A DNA stretch of 63,907 bases, the filler included, from Pirum gemmata (taxonomy: Eukaryota), in NCBI GenBank assembly GCA_002812295.1. It is 9 parts of 9 records of this genome, joined end to end, with 100 filler letters (N's around TTAATTAATTAA, not from the genome) between each part and the next. Parts side by side here need not be neighbours in the genome. Positions count along the whole stretch, not along the records: positions 1 to 7,134 come from PDIN01000175.1; positions 7,235 to 14,475 come from PDIN01000176.1; 7 more parts are not named here. One strand, given 5' to 3'. How positions within the stretch are numbered: the first letter of the stretch is position 1; the number at the start of each line of letters is the position of its first letter. Positions 1-14,338 of this stretch are shown here, piece by piece. The notes under the pieces were generated by a model. That model did no database searches and was not told the DNA's origin. It saw nothing but the letters and a program-made list of their open reading frames with translations. The translations under genes and the position numbers were made by a program.

Positions 1-550
1 ACAACAACAACAACAACAACAACAACAACACTTAGAACAACAAGAACAAGAACAAGAACAACAACAACCACAGCAGCAACCACAGCAGCAACCACAGCAG
101 CAACCACAGCAGCAACCACAACCACAACCACAACCAACCCAGCCAAGCCAAACACCACAAATACCACAGCCACCACAATCTCAATCACAGCTTCAGCAAC
201 TACCACAAGCACCACAAACACAAACACAACTACAACAGCAGCAAATGCAGCAAATGCAGCAAATGCAGCAATTTCAGATGCAATCACATCTACAACTTCA
301 ACAGCAGTCACAAGATCAACAACAGCAACAATTATTGCACATGCACATGCATCCGTCAATGCAAGCTATTTCACAAACACAATTACATCAAGTTCCAGGA
401 CAATCCCATTTGCCACCTCACCAACAACATGAGCAAATGCTTCTTCAGCAATTACAGCTACAACAGTTGCAAATGCAACTTCAACAGCCGCAAGCACAGA
501 CACAGACACAGACACAGACACAGACACAGACACAGCAACAACAACAACAA

Positions 551-594
<44 letters not shown>

Positions 595-3500
595 ACAACA
601 ACAGCAGCAACAGCAACAGCTACCACCGCAAGCACAGCAGCAACAACATCTTCAAAATCCTTTGCATCAGCCGCAAATGGGTTTTCCTATGTGGGGCCAA
701 ATTTCCCAAAATCCTATGGGCAATCGGGCCAATGTAGAGAGCCAACAAGAGAAGAATATGGGTTCTAAGCAAGCGAATATGTTTCTCCCTCCCCAAGGTT
801 ATTGTAGCTACAACTTTTTGATATCATGTCTGTTTTTATTACTACTATTGTAGTTGTATGACCATATGGCAATAACTACAACTATACCTATAGCTATTAC
901 CATTTGGGTATTTCGATTACCATTTCATAATTACGATCACGATCAACACCAACATTCATCAACATCTAGTTTCATCCCTATTACTGCTATGGCTATGGCT
1001 ATGACTATTACCATTATCGCCATTTATTGCTGTTATTATTGCTATTTATTACTGTTACTGTTACTATTTATTGCTGTTATCATTCATTACTGATGTTGAT
1101 GTTATTTTTACTGTTATCTTACCTTATATTCCATCAAGTATTTTTAAATTTAATATTTTTACCACTTACTATTGCATTGTTACTATTTTTAATGAATCAC
1201 AATTGTCATAATCATTATCATTACCATTATCATTACCATTACTACAACCAGTACCATTGCACACCATTACTCTCACGGACATCACCACCGTAATACTTCA
1301 GACACTATTTGATTAACAAATAAACGTTACTCTTTACTAGACTATTCCTTTCCTATCATTGATTAATTTTATCATTTAATTCCAATTTCTATTACTATTT
1401 TAATCATTATACTATCAAACACGGGCACGGGCACAGGTTAGATTTTAATACTATCAAATGCTATTGTTATTACTGCTGCTAATAAGTATAATGTTGTGGT
1501 ATATTCAGTTTTGGGATGGTTATCGGTTATATATTGAAATGGTTCTGTTTTCCTCGTCCTATTCTCTAATACTAATTTATACTCCATAGGTAACGAGGTG
1601 GATTCCAATGTTATGTTCAGTAACAATCCAGTTACTGAAATGATCAAACAGCAAGAATACGAAATACGCATGTTACAGATGGGGCTTCAAGACATATCTT
1701 ACAAGGATATGACTCTAAAATCTAGATTAGGAACAGTGCACCCAGAAGAGCAAGCTATGCTGATCGGAAAAGTGTCCGAGTTACAATTTCATTATCAACT
1801 CAAAGATGGGCAAATGCAAATACGCGTGCATACTCTTCATCAATTACAACAGCTACAGCAACACGTACCGCTGGAAATGCAGGCCCAACTACTACCACAG
1901 ATACAAGATCAGCTACAACAACAATTGACAAATGTTCAACAAGTATTAATTCAGCAACATGAAATGTTTCTTAAGCAGAATGGATTTCCCAGTGTAAACA
2001 TGAACTTTGATCCTCATCCCAATGACAGCGCAGGCATGTCAACGAAACAACAAAGTTTTAACAATCAACCAATTATATCATCAGATAAATATATTACCCA
2101 TTCACACCTACATCCTCAACATGTACAGCCTCAAGCCGAAATTCAACCTCAGGCTCACTCAGACTTAACGCCTGAAGCACAGCAACATCAATATCAACAA
2201 CCACAACAACCACAACAACCACAACAACCACAACAACCACATCAACTCCATACTGAACAACTCCAACAGCTTCAGCCACCACAACCACAACCACCACAGC
2301 AACAACATCTGCAATACCAACCACCACAAGCACAAGCACAAGTACAAGCACAAGCACACGTACAAGCACAAGCACAAGCACAAGCACAAGCACAAGCAAA
2401 AGCACAAGCACAAGCACAAGCACAAGCACAAGCACAAGCACAAGCACAATCGGAAGAACAGCCAATTAAAGCGCAACAAAACCGCTCTGGACAAGGGAAT
2501 CAAGAAGAAAAGGCTAGTCAAGAACAAAGAAAACTGAAAGAGCTACAAAAAATAGAAAAAGAAATAAAAAAACAGCGAAAAGATGCCGAGAAGCAAGTGC
2601 AAGAAAAAAAGGATAGTATGGAAAAAGAAACAGAAAATCAACGGAAAGAGCAAGAAGCGTTGAAGCTTGAACAACAAAGTGAAAAACGAAAGGAGAAAGA
2701 TTCTAAAGAGAAAAGGCGGAAAAAAGATCAAAGGGAAAAGGAAAAAGAACAAGAAGAAAAAGGAAAACAACAGCCAAAGCAGTCTTTAGTTAAATCAGAT
2801 TTATCTGACCAACAAGACGAAAACGTTACAATGAGTGCTACACCAGCTTCTGTTGCTCCGTGGTCTGCTCAAAAGCCAAAATTGGAGAAAAAGCCTTCTT
2901 TATTGGAAATTGAACAGAATGAACAAACAAAGAAGAAAATGGAAAACCAGAAAAAAAAAGAACGTGGACAGCAACAAGGAAAAGAGATGGGAACTGGCGC
3001 ATGGGGAACTCGCCAGGTTTCGGTTTCTGGCGATGCGCCTTTAAGTTTAGGTGAAATCCAAAAGGCAGAAGAGGCTAGAAAAGGTATTTTTTTTTTTATT
3101 TTTTTTTTATTTGTGATTCAAGAAGTATATCAAAATATTATGAAAGTTTTAAATTTGTGTTAATATAATATTTAGAGGTTCTAGAAATTGTAGTTTTTTA
3201 AGCAGTTAGTATTGGGATTTTGGTTTAGGGGGTTTGCGGGATTGGGTCCTAGGTATATTGGGGCTTTATGATTTTGTGTGGGTTTTTTTTTGTGAAACTA
3301 AAAGCTGTGTATTTTATGTTGTTTGAGTTTCATTGCTTCGGTTTAAACTGCATTTATCGTTTTGTGGTTTTGTGGTTTTGGGGATGGGGGAATTGATGGG
3401 TTGATGGGGGTTAAGGGTTTGATTGAGGATTTGTTGTGGGGTGGGTTTGAGATTTGAAATAATAGAGATCAGAAGGCAAGGAGGTAAGGAAGTTTAGAGT

Positions 3501-6500
3501 TTGAATTTGACTCGGGACTGGGTCAAGTGGGTGAGAGATATAGAGAAAGTTGGGAGTATTTGTTTAAAGGGGCGTTACTAATAGATATTTATCATTTTGA
3601 AATCATGAAGCTCAAATGGAAGTTGAAAAAAAGAAGTTAAATGCCCAACAAATGGATTTGGAATTTGCTGAAGATCGTAATTGGTCTGCCCAAGCCATGA
3701 AGCTAACTGGTAGCTCAATGGCATCGGTTCTTGAAACCGAAGAAAAGAGAAGACAGGCCAAGTTACAACGTGAGGAACAGGTTTATATTTTTATGGTTAT
3801 TTTAACGTGTGATTTCGTCTTGTTCTTGTTCTTATTTTTATTCTTATTCTTATTCTTGTTCTTATTCTTGTTCTTATTCTTGTTCTTATTCTTGTTCTTA
3901 TTCTTGTTCTTGTTCTTGTTCTTATTCTTATTCTTATTCTTATTCTTATTCTTGTTCTTGTTCTTGTTCTCAGCTTTTTTTCAATTTTAACACTTTTCTT
4001 CGAACTCCGTCATTAGTTGAGACAACAGCGTGTCGCTGAGCAAACGAAACTTTTAGAACAGCAGCGGCTTCTAGAGGAGAAACAAAAGGAGTTAGCTACT
4101 GCTGGTTGGGGTAAAGCTAAGACCCCCACGGTAATTACGCGTTTCCTGTGTCCTATATTATCTGTGTTTTTTGTTGTGCTTAAGTCCGACTAGCGTTTTA
4201 TTGTTGCGTTTTTCAATTTTTCTTCTGTATGTTTTGAGTTAATCAATTTTAATTTCTTTTCCTTTAAAATAGCATGTGCCCGTCGTTCCAATTGTTACTC
4301 AGGAGAGCAAGAAAATACAAAGCAAAATTAAATCTAGCACCAATAAACAGATTCCGAAAAAGGTGATTGCTGGTGACAACTAGGGTTAAGGGTAGGGTTA
4401 GGGGTTAGGGGTTAGGGGTTAAGTGATTATAGGGATTAGGGTTATAGGGGTTATAGGGGTTATAAGGGTTATAGGAGTTATAGGAGTTATATAGGAGTTA
4501 TAGGAGTTATTTTTAGGGGTCATAGGGGTTATAGGGGTTATTGTGGTTAGGGGTTATAGGGGGGTATACTGGTGTATAGGGGGTATAGGAGTTAGGGGTT
4601 AGGAGTTAAGAGGAGTTAGGAGACAAAGGAGTTAGGAGTTAGGAGTTAGGAGTTAGAAGTTAGGAGTTAGAAGTTAGGAGTTAGGAGTTAGGAGGTAGGA
4701 GTAAAGTTAGAAGTTAGGAGTAGGTGTTCGGTGTTAGGGGTTAGGTCTTAATCAATCGCGCTTATTTTATTACTTATACCGATATCCCCAGACTACAAAT
4801 ACTAAAACATCTACTGCACTTCATCATCAAATTTTCTGTCATATTTAAATTCGAACCCTATACCCCCCCCTTTTTATTTATTTATTTTATTTTTTATTTT
4901 TTATAGACTCCGATAAAAGATGAATGGGAAGAGGATATAAAGTAAGTATTTGGTTTTATTTGTAATAAATAAATCAATAAAATATTAGATGAATGAAATA
5001 GGTGAATAAGTAAGGGAAGATGAAATAGAAAGCATGTTATAAGACTATGTATTAAGTTTCTGTTTAATTATAAATAATGTTAAATATGAAAAAACACATA
5101 AAATAACAAGCTTCCCAAAAAAATAGTAATAATAGTGAAATGAACACTTCCAAGGAAAATGTACATAAACAGAACATGGATGAAAAGAAAACCATGAAAT
5201 ATTAGTGAGAAAAGATAGTGCTAATATTGGCAAAAAGCTAAGTTAATAGTAAGAGTTATTTGTATTTTGTTACTGGTTGTGAAAAAAACAATAATCTTTC
5301 CCCTGATTATAAATTTTGTTTTATTTTTTCACTTTTAAAAATAGATTTGAAGATGGAGTAATGACCAAAGCAATGACCAAAGCTGAAAAAAGAAAAATGA
5401 AGAAAGCTCAACAACAAAAAGAGGAAGATGGTAATTTTGTAGTGTTATTAGTATTTTCAATTAAGTTTTTTATGTTCATCAACTCATCAATGCAGTCGGA
5501 TTGACTTTTCTATTATCATTATTATCGGCACCTTTCTTATACTATATTATATATATATATATATATTTGGAAATTTGTTATAACCAAAAATAAATAAGTG
5601 TTTGTTATTAGTGTAAAATTTATCGAATGCTTGTTTTGTCGTGTGACGAATATTATCGACCTGTTATTAGTATATATATATATCATGTTTTTGGTATTTT
5701 ATTATTTTTTCGGTGGTGTAAGTTAGGGTTGCCGGCATATTTGTGTAGTCGTTGTTTTTGTTGTGAATATGCATTGTTGCTTATATGTATAGTATTATTT
5801 CATGAATGTAGAAGCCGAGGTTGATGTTCTTGCACACCCTTCTGGAAGTAGAACCAGTACCGTTCCGAGCACACACAGTCAATCTGAACTGTCTACAGAA
5901 TCGCAAGCGGAAATACAATTTAGGAATTGGTGTGAACAACGTTTATCTCAACTTGTACAACAACAAGGTGTTGATATACCTACTATTTTTACTTTTCTTA
6001 ACGGGTTAACGAGCGCCACGCTTGTAAAAGAATCAATAAATGATATTCTAGGAAATGATGCTAAAGCGTTTGCTTTCGGGAAAGAATTCTGTCAAAGAAA
6101 AACTCAGGTTTACATTGCATTTGACCTCTTTACTCCACTCTCACATTTTATTCTTTTCTACACATACACAAGGACTAAACTTTTTTATCCCCCCCCCCCA
6201 CCCCCTTTTTTTTTTTTTTTGTTTTTTTTTTTTTTTTTTCGGGTCTGTTAAAGTTTCCCTTTTCTTTTCTAACTTGTCCTTGTCTCTTTTCTCTGATAAC
6301 TGTAGGTTCATGAAGCCAAAAAGCAACATCATGAAATGTTAAAGCGCAAACAACAAGGACAAGTATTACAGCAACAACGTCAACAACAACAAGTAGCACA
6401 GCAGCAGGCGCTATTATTAAAACAACAGCAACAACAGCAACTGTTAATAGAGCAGCAGCATAAAGAGCGCATGCAAAAACAACAACTGTTACAACAGCAA

Positions 6501-6815
6501 CAATATAAAGCTCAACAGAAAGCACGTGCACAGAAAAGGCCTTTAAGTCAGTCGAATTCTATGGTTAACCCACCAAGTCCGAATACATGGCCTAGTTTGA
6601 CACAGACGTACTCGAATGAAAAGGGGAAAAAAATAGTTGAGGAACCCACAAATCCAGCTTCTCAAACGCAAGGAGGTAAGCTGGAACGAGTTGCTTCTTC
6701 TGGTGGTAAAAAAGGCAAGAAGGGCCGACGTCAGAAAGTAGTTGATCCGTCATTGCTTGGATTTAATTCAGGTGACCTGGGCGAAGTTCAGTCAGTAGCG
6801 GATGCTTTTAATTAG
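1..6815 (+). CDS. GIGYF-family (GRB10-interacting GYF / Smy2-like) protein, 5'-truncated; exons <1-797, 1590-3083, 3611-3780, 4017-4130, 4273-4362, 4907-4941, 5345-5430, 5812-6107, 6306-6815
   Basis: All eight introns are GT-AG and keep the frame when spliced by hand. The product has Q-rich and charged coiled-coil tracts, SLLEIEQ/SLGEIQ motifs, the C-terminal domain FRNWCEQRL...VDIPTIFTFL...ILGNDAKAFAFGKEFCQRK and the tail KKGKK...VDPSLLGF, all typical of GIGYF1/2 C-termini. The GYF domain is not in the window. Confidence 0.8.
4381..4745 (+). repeat. Degenerate telomere-like repeats inside an intron
   Basis: TTAGGG/TTAGGGG grading into TTATAGGGG and TTAGGAG units within intron 4363-4906. Confidence 0.8.
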
Positions 6816-7134
6816 ATGATTAGTGTATCTGTTTTGTATGTATATTTGTGTTTTATGCTCGTAAGAGCGAAGATCATTTTTTTCCTGATATGATATAACA
6901 ATAACAAAAAGTAAAACATACGTTTTTCTAATAAGATAATATAATACGTTTTTCTAATAAGATAATATAATAAAAAGCAAAACATACGAAACAAAACTTA
7001 AATTAAAACAAAGGAGTATAAAATTTGTAATAAATATTTCTTTCTCACAACTACCAGTAACTCAGTTGTAATGTTGGTTCGTGTTTGTCAATTATTATTA
7101 TATTATTATTATTATTATTATTATTATTAGAAAA

Positions 7135-7234
7135 NNNNNNNNNNNNNNNNNNNNNNNNNNNNNNNNNNNNNNNNNNNNTTAATTAATTAANNNNNNNNNN
7201 NNNNNNNNNNNNNNNNNNNNNNNNNNNNNNNNNN
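7135..7234. other. Artificial contig-join linker (also 14476-14575, 21695-21794, 28901-29000, 36092-36191, 43589-43688, 50756-50855, 57871-57970)
   Basis: Identical 44 N + TTAATTAATTAA (stops in all six frames) + 44 N, recurring about every 7.2 kb. Confidence 0.97.
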
Positions 7235-7265
<31 letters not shown>

Positions 7266-9225
7266 GAGGTGGTATATATATGGTGCCATTAGAAGTGTAA
7301 CAATACAAGATCTAACAGCTACTTAACTCCAAAGAATATTTTATCCTTTATTGTTATGCTATTATTATTATCATTATTATTATTACACACTGTCAAATAA
7401 ATAAATAATAAAAAATAGAATATTTTAATAAAATAAAAAGTATAAAACTAAAAATAAAAATAAAATAAAAAATATATATCGATAAAAAAAAACATAATAA
7501 AACTTTTTGTCTACTATGCAAAATAAAACTATTTTTTTTTTAAATAATATTATATTTATCTATATACTTATTATGAAATCATAATATGATGTTATTTCGT
7601 TTATTGAAAATTCTAGTTATCCAGACTATCACTCATCATTTTTATAATTATACCCGCTTTATTTATCTCGGAATCGTTGTGATATCAAAAGAAAGGACCA
7701 TATTCAACCGTTTAAAATACTTCTAGTCTCCCGGTTTACGGTTAATTATTTTTGATTTCGCTTCTACACTTCTACTTTAGAAAAAAAGAATAATAATTAT
7801 TCTGAGAAAATATGATTTCTACAATTTCTACAGATAAGATAAATAAAATACATTAACACTTGTACAAAAAACAAATAAACAATAACAAAAACAATAAAAG
7901 TAACAATACCCATAACCATAATAACAACAATAAACAGTAAAAATCATAATAATACTCATAACTATACCAATAACAATAACAATAACAGTACCCACCATAA
8001 TAACACTAAAAATAACGTAATAAAACAATGACAAAAAAAATAAAAGCAATAACAATAACAAATAAAACATACATATCAATAAACACTAACCCAAAACTAC
8101 AATAATAACAAATTAAAGATGGCCAAAAACAAAACAAAGATGGGACCCACAAATAAAAACAAAGATGGGGCGAAAGAAAGGAGAGATGCAAAAAATCGAA
8201 TATTTCTAAAACCCAGGAAGTTAATGAAACTCATTAATTAAACTTCCAATAACCCGTTAGAATGGATAATAACTCATTAATTTACTATATTGATCATATA
8301 AAACACCATAATTCATAAAAAACCACCATAAAAACCCTAAAAACCCTATAAATCATACAAACCCTATAAATCATTATCATACATTAAAAAGAAAACACAC
8401 TATCAGATATAAGTATAACTACTACTATTACTACAAAAAACATTAATATAATATATACTACGTATACAATCACCTTAATTAAACAATTACTAAACTCAAT
8501 ATTAACGAGAAAAAAGAAAAAAACCTATTTTTCTTCTTTCTCCGGCCCATGCTAGCTGTATTATTATACAAAAAACTAAAACAAACTCGTCAAATTTTTG
8601 ATGGAAGATTTTTCTCTTTTTTTTTTTTTTTTTCCTGCNTACCCCGGTCTTCTCCTGCACTCTACTCCTGCACTATTATTACTACCCATGCGTTTTTGAA
8701 AACACCCAAAATAATTCTTTTTTCGAAAATACAGACTAGTTTTTCTACAGCTAACTCCACAAGTTCCGCTGCTTTGAAAAACAGTACCAAGAAAAAGTTT
8801 TATCCAGCTTGGCTATCATATTAAAAAAAAATTAACTGGGGACAACCACAGTTGAACCACTACACTAGGGTCCAAGTTTAATAACAAAAGACGGCTTTGA
8901 GGTCACTGGAATAGGATGCAGAGTTTACAACATGATCAAGTACGAAGGTCCCCGAACACAAACCAAACACTTACACATTCTAATTTTCAAAAACCGTTCT
9001 CAAGAATCGAACCTTTAATTAAGTTTGTTTACAACACTTGAGTGCCGCCACCCATACCGCGTAGGTCGGAACGATATATTTAAAACATGCATAATATGGT
9101 GAAACTAGCTGGGGAGGAATGGTAAGTAGGATTAATGTGTGTGGGCAACGATATAATTATTTAGAACATGCATATGGTGGAACTAGCTGGGGAGGTAAGT
9201 AGGATTAATGTGTGAACCAAAATTT

Positions 9226-9978
9226 ATTTCGAGTTGCGTTTTCAGTCTGCTTACATTACTCTCGTTCCACCATGTTCTTAGACACTCTGAGACTATGGCT
9301 TCCCCCCAGAGTTTGCAATTGTTGACTTTTCTTTTTTGCCTTATTTTTGATGTGGACTTTTATTATTACATTCATGTCTTGAGGGTGAAAATAGCGAAAA
9401 TCTCACATAATATCAATATCTCTCCCGTTCCACCATGTTCTTAGACACTCTGAGACTATGGTTTCCCTCCAGAGTTTGCAATTGTTGACTTTTCTTTTTT
9501 GCCTTATTTTTGATGTGGACTTTTATTATTAAATCTATGTCTTTAGAGGGAAAATAGCGAAAACCTCACATAATATCAATATCTTTGCGACCTACAGATT
9601 CGAACCCCAGACATCCAAACTGGTTGTCACCCGAGAGATGCGTTTTCAACTGTTTTCAGTCTCCTTATTTTCATCTCAAGAGAGGTTCACACATTCCGAC
9701 GTACCATTCCTCCCCCAGCCTGGGTAGTTCCACCAGACACTACCAGACCATGGGTTCCCTCCAGAGTTTGTTAGCTTTTGTGCCATATTTTTGGTGTAGA
9801 CTTATATTATTACGTTCATGCCTTTAGATGGAAAATAGCGAAAACCTCACTTGATATCGTTGCGACCTACAGATTCGAACCCCATTCATTAAAACTAGTT
9901 GATAGTCAACTCAACCACTCTGCCACCCGAGAGCTGTGAGAGATGCAAGTAAGGAGACTGAAAACGCAACTCGGAAAT
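9226..9978 (-). mobile_element. Composite repeat with a tRNA-derived SINE-like head, tandem body units and ~29-bp terminal inverted repeats
   Basis: Minus-strand A box TGGCAGAGTGG (9915-9925) and B box GGTTCGAATC (9872-9881) about 33 nt apart; second B box near 9597-9607; ~160-bp unit at ~9262, ~9425 and degenerate at ~9727; IRs at 9226-9254 and 9949-9978. Confidence 0.55.
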
Positions 9979-10438
9979 TAAGAAAAAATATATAAAAAAT
10001 GATGCGAAGTGGCGCAGTGGTTATTTGGTCAACAACCTGGATCCGGATGTATTTCTCGTTGTCCCAATAACAACCAATCGGGGGTTTCCAATAATTTCCC
10101 CATTTGTAAAAAATCCATAAAATTATCGAGGTTTTAATTTTTATATGATACCTCGAGCTCCTTTAAAATTTAATTTATTTTTTTAAAATTATTATTATTA
10201 TAGTTATTGTTATTTTAAATTAATATATTATATAATTCAGTTTTCACCCTCGTATAAGCCAATAATCCTTTCAATATAGCATAGTGACATTGTGTACAAT
10301 AACTAATATTATAAAATAATTATTATTATATAATTTTATGTCTAAATAAAAATTATTTTTTTCATCGATCAATGTTATTATTTTATTTTATTATTAATAT
10401 TATTTTTTATTATTATCATCATCATCATCATTAATTAA

Positions 10439-10478
<40 letters not shown>

Positions 10479-10753
10479 GTAATTAACATGCTATATAATA
10501 TTATTATTTTTGTTTAAATTTAACCAATAATCATTTACCTATATTATATAGCTATGATATCGATATTGTGTACGTGTACGATAACTATAATAACCATAAC
10601 TTGTACTGTGCCTGAATAAAAACTTACTTTTTTTTATTTTTTTCATCACTGGTATATTTTATTTTATTATTATTAACATTTTTGATATTATTTTACTATG
10701 CATGCTGTGGTTTTTTAATTTTTTTTGATATTAAAGTTTTGAAATTCTGCAAC

Positions 10754-11593
10754 CTACAATGATGGTAAACTATGTTGTTTGTGTAAGTGTAAAAAAGTTT
10801 TCTCTTCATAAAATGGTTCAGGATTATTTGTATAAGAAGAAATCGTATTGTTAAGGTTGCATAGCCTAATTATAGAGTCAATTGCTCTTTTTTCCCCTGT
10901 AGATGGTGAAGAAGAAAATGGAAGGGAATTTGTATTGGTAAACTGTTTCGCATTTAGGCTGGTCAACTTATGTTCATTAAATAAACTAGGTATATTTAAG
11001 GCGGGCATGGTGTCTAAATTTGTTCTAAAATCTGTATTAGAATAATTGGTGTCTAAAGTTGGTCTAAAATCTGTATTGGAATTTGATCTAAGATTATTAT
11101 TAAATTCTATGGAGTCAGTTTCTATATTGGTAGTTGATGTGCTAAATGGAAGGAAATTTGTATTGGTAAACTTTTTAGCATTTAGGCTGGTCAACTTATG
11201 TTCATCAAATAAATTAGACATGCTTAAGGTACACATGGTGCCAAAATTTGTTCTAAAATCTGTATTTGAATTTGATCTAAGATTATTATTAAATTCTATT
11301 ATATTAATATCGTCTATACTCGTGTGTATGATATTATTAAAGTTGTCAAAAAAACGGTTAATTTTAAAGGAAGGTGTAGCTTTTTGTGGTTCAGATACGG
11401 TTTTTAATTTTTTAAAAACATTAATATCCTTTGCTTTTTGAACTGTGCCTTTTTTATTAATTGCTTGTTCTCCGTGTTGAAAACAATATTGATAATACAC
11501 GAGTTTCTGACAACGTGTCCCAAATTTGGTAAAACCGGCGCATCTGTGTCGGGTTTGTTTCAAATCGTGAGCATCACTAATTACAAAAGACAT
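10754..11593 (-). CDS. Hypothetical protein with N-terminal C-x-G-x-T-K-x-G-x-R-C-x8-C-x2-H zinc-finger-like motif and an internal duplication
   Basis: Intronless 279-aa ATG ORF; RCAGFTKFGTRCQKLVYYQYCFQH; IEFNNNLRSNSNTDFR and EHKLTSLNAKxFTNTN each occur twice. Confidence 0.6.
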   Translation of the reverse strand: MSFVISDAHDLKQTRHRCAGFTKFGTRCQKLVYYQYCFQHGEQAINKKGTVQKAKDINVFKKLKTVSEPQKATPSFKINRFFDNFNNIIHTSIDDINIIEFNNNLRSNSNTDFRTNFGTMCTLSMSNLFDEHKLTSLNAKKFTNTNFLPFSTSTTNIETDSIEFNNNLRSNSNTDFRPTLDTNYSNTDFRTNLDTMPALNIPSLFNEHKLTSLNAKQFTNTNSLPFSSSPSTGEKRAIDSIIRLCNLNNTISSYTNNPEPFYEEKTFLHLHKQHSLPSL

Positions 11594-12261
11594 TGCTACT
11601 AATATAAATATTATATATATAATGTTTTTTATATTTTGTTTGTGTAGTTATTTTTATATTTTGTTTTGTTTTGTTGGTTTTTGTTGATTATTTTGATTCT
11701 TTATATAATGTTTTTTTTTTTTGTTTACTTGAGTTATTTACTCTAAAAATAAAAAAAAACAAAAAAACAAACAAACAAAAAAAAAATAGTAATAATTATC
11801 TGACTTATAAATATATATGATTGGGGTACATTTTTTTTAAAAAAACGAAAGAATTATAATTATATAATTATATATAAATAGTTAATTGCAATCCTATAGC
11901 TAATAAAATTTTGCTCTCTACATAATATTATAATATGATACGTATTATCGTCAGAATAATAAAAATTTAAAACCTAACTCTAACCCTAATAACTAGGTCT
12001 CGCTGAGGAAAAGGTGATATAACTGTGATACACATTGTTAAAATGCCATGAACATTTACAAAAGATTACTAAATTTAAAAATATCGCACATTTAAGTTAG
12101 TTTGGATGAGCTTACCAAGCCGGATAAAAATTAGGACTTCTGCCGATACATATTAAGATATCAATGTATTCTAAAGCCTGTTAGAGTTAGTTAGGGAGTG
12201 TTAGGGTAGGAGGAGTCTAATTATAAAAGGTTAGTATCGATATCTAATAATAATAATTTAT

Positions 12262-12430
12262 ATAAAGGGGTCTCTAGCTAGCACTCTACTAGCTAGCTAG
12301 CTAGAGAAATGCTAGTCTAGTTAGTTAGTAGCTACTCTAATCCAATAATAAAGGGGTCTCTAGCTAGCACTCTACTAGCTAGCTAGCTAGAGAACTGCTA
12401 GTCTAGTTAGTTAGTAGCTACTCTAATCCT
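12262..12430. repeat. ~85-bp tandem duplication rich in (TAGC)n
   Basis: ataaaggggtctctagctagcactctactagc... occurs twice in tandem. Confidence 0.8.
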
Positions 12431-12760
12431 ACTAACCCTAACCCTAGTTAGAGTTTACTAGCTAGGTAGTCTACTAGCTAGAGTCTACTAGCTAGCTACT
12501 AGCTAAACTCTCTGACTAATATAAAACTGACTATAACTGTCTTGATCTGTCTCTGGAGTCTGAACTGTCTATTACTTGTCTATTACTAGCTAATTGTCTA
12601 TTAGTGGTGTGTACTTTTTGGCGTTTATTCATTGGTTTATATAATATTGTATTACCGACTTACAAACTTCTAGTCTCTAGTGATTAGTGAGTACTAAGTA
12701 AGAACAAGCAATTTTTTTTTTTTTTTTTTTTTTTTTTTNNNNNNNNNNNNNNNNNNNNNN

Positions 12761-12797
<37 letters not shown>

Positions 12798-13109
12798 AAA
12801 AAAAAAAAAAAGGAATAATTTGATTAGTCAAAACAAGGCTTTCTGTTTATAGATTTCCACACGGCGGGCCATGCGTCTCTCTTTTTAGAAAAGTTCCTTA
12901 TTAATATTAAAAATTTTATAAAAATGAATCACAAAGCAAAACATGATCACAGTTCTACAGTCTATAAGTGTCTATAATACTGTTCTGTAAAAAAAAATAT
13001 ATATATTACATTTATTTTAACAGGCAAACAAATTCGGAGAAAAAAAAGTGACATTCTGGTGACCAATAATATAATAATATTATAATACTTAGAAAAATTA
13101 CTGAATAAC

Positions 13110-13604
<495 letters not shown>

Positions 13605-14304
13605 ACTGTCTTACAAAGCTCTTTACTCTCTAGTGAGTAGTGACTACTAACTACTAGTAATTTAGCTGGTTCCAGACTCTACTCTTTAGGCTGTTATTTA
13701 GTATCTCGAAAATTTTAATTAGTGTCCAAACATGAAAATGTTTGAGTAACACATTCTACCCTATATGCTAATTAATAAACAAGTTGAAGGACAAAATTTC
13801 AGTTATGTTTAATTAAAGAATCACCTTCATAGCATTAATACAGCCCATTCTATGGTTGTTTAAATATTTTCATATGTCTACTTAGGGGTTGTTTTTTTCT
13901 ATAACTAATTTTTCATCTTTTTTTAAAAAAAAAATAAAAATAACAGCATGATAAGGGAGCTATCATAATTTCTGACAAAAACCTACCCACCTACAGCTCC
14001 ACCTACCCAAATGTCACACAATCGTAACATCGAGAAAAATGACCTACCCATGATGACGTAACATTTTAAAAAAATAGTACCTAATTAGTATACTCGAAAA
14101 AGCAAAAAAAGCTCAAAAAATCCCAAAAAAAGCTCTTTTTTTTTTTCCCACTATATAATTATTATGATGAAGACGGTGTTTATTCAGTTTACAAAGATGG
14201 GGGGGTACGAAAGCATTTACCAAACCTGATTTATGGACTTTTATGGGATATGATAAATGCTATTAGAGTCGGTATTTTCGATATTTAATTGATTGACTGC
14301 AAAG

Positions 14305-14338
<34 letters not shown>

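Noticed and set aside
366..2770. Antisense and alternative-frame ORFs (poly-V, LC repeats)
   Set aside because: Shadows of the Q-rich repeats in the GIGYF gene
9860..9932. Functional tRNA gene
   Set aside because: A and B boxes are present but acceptor and T stems do not pair properly
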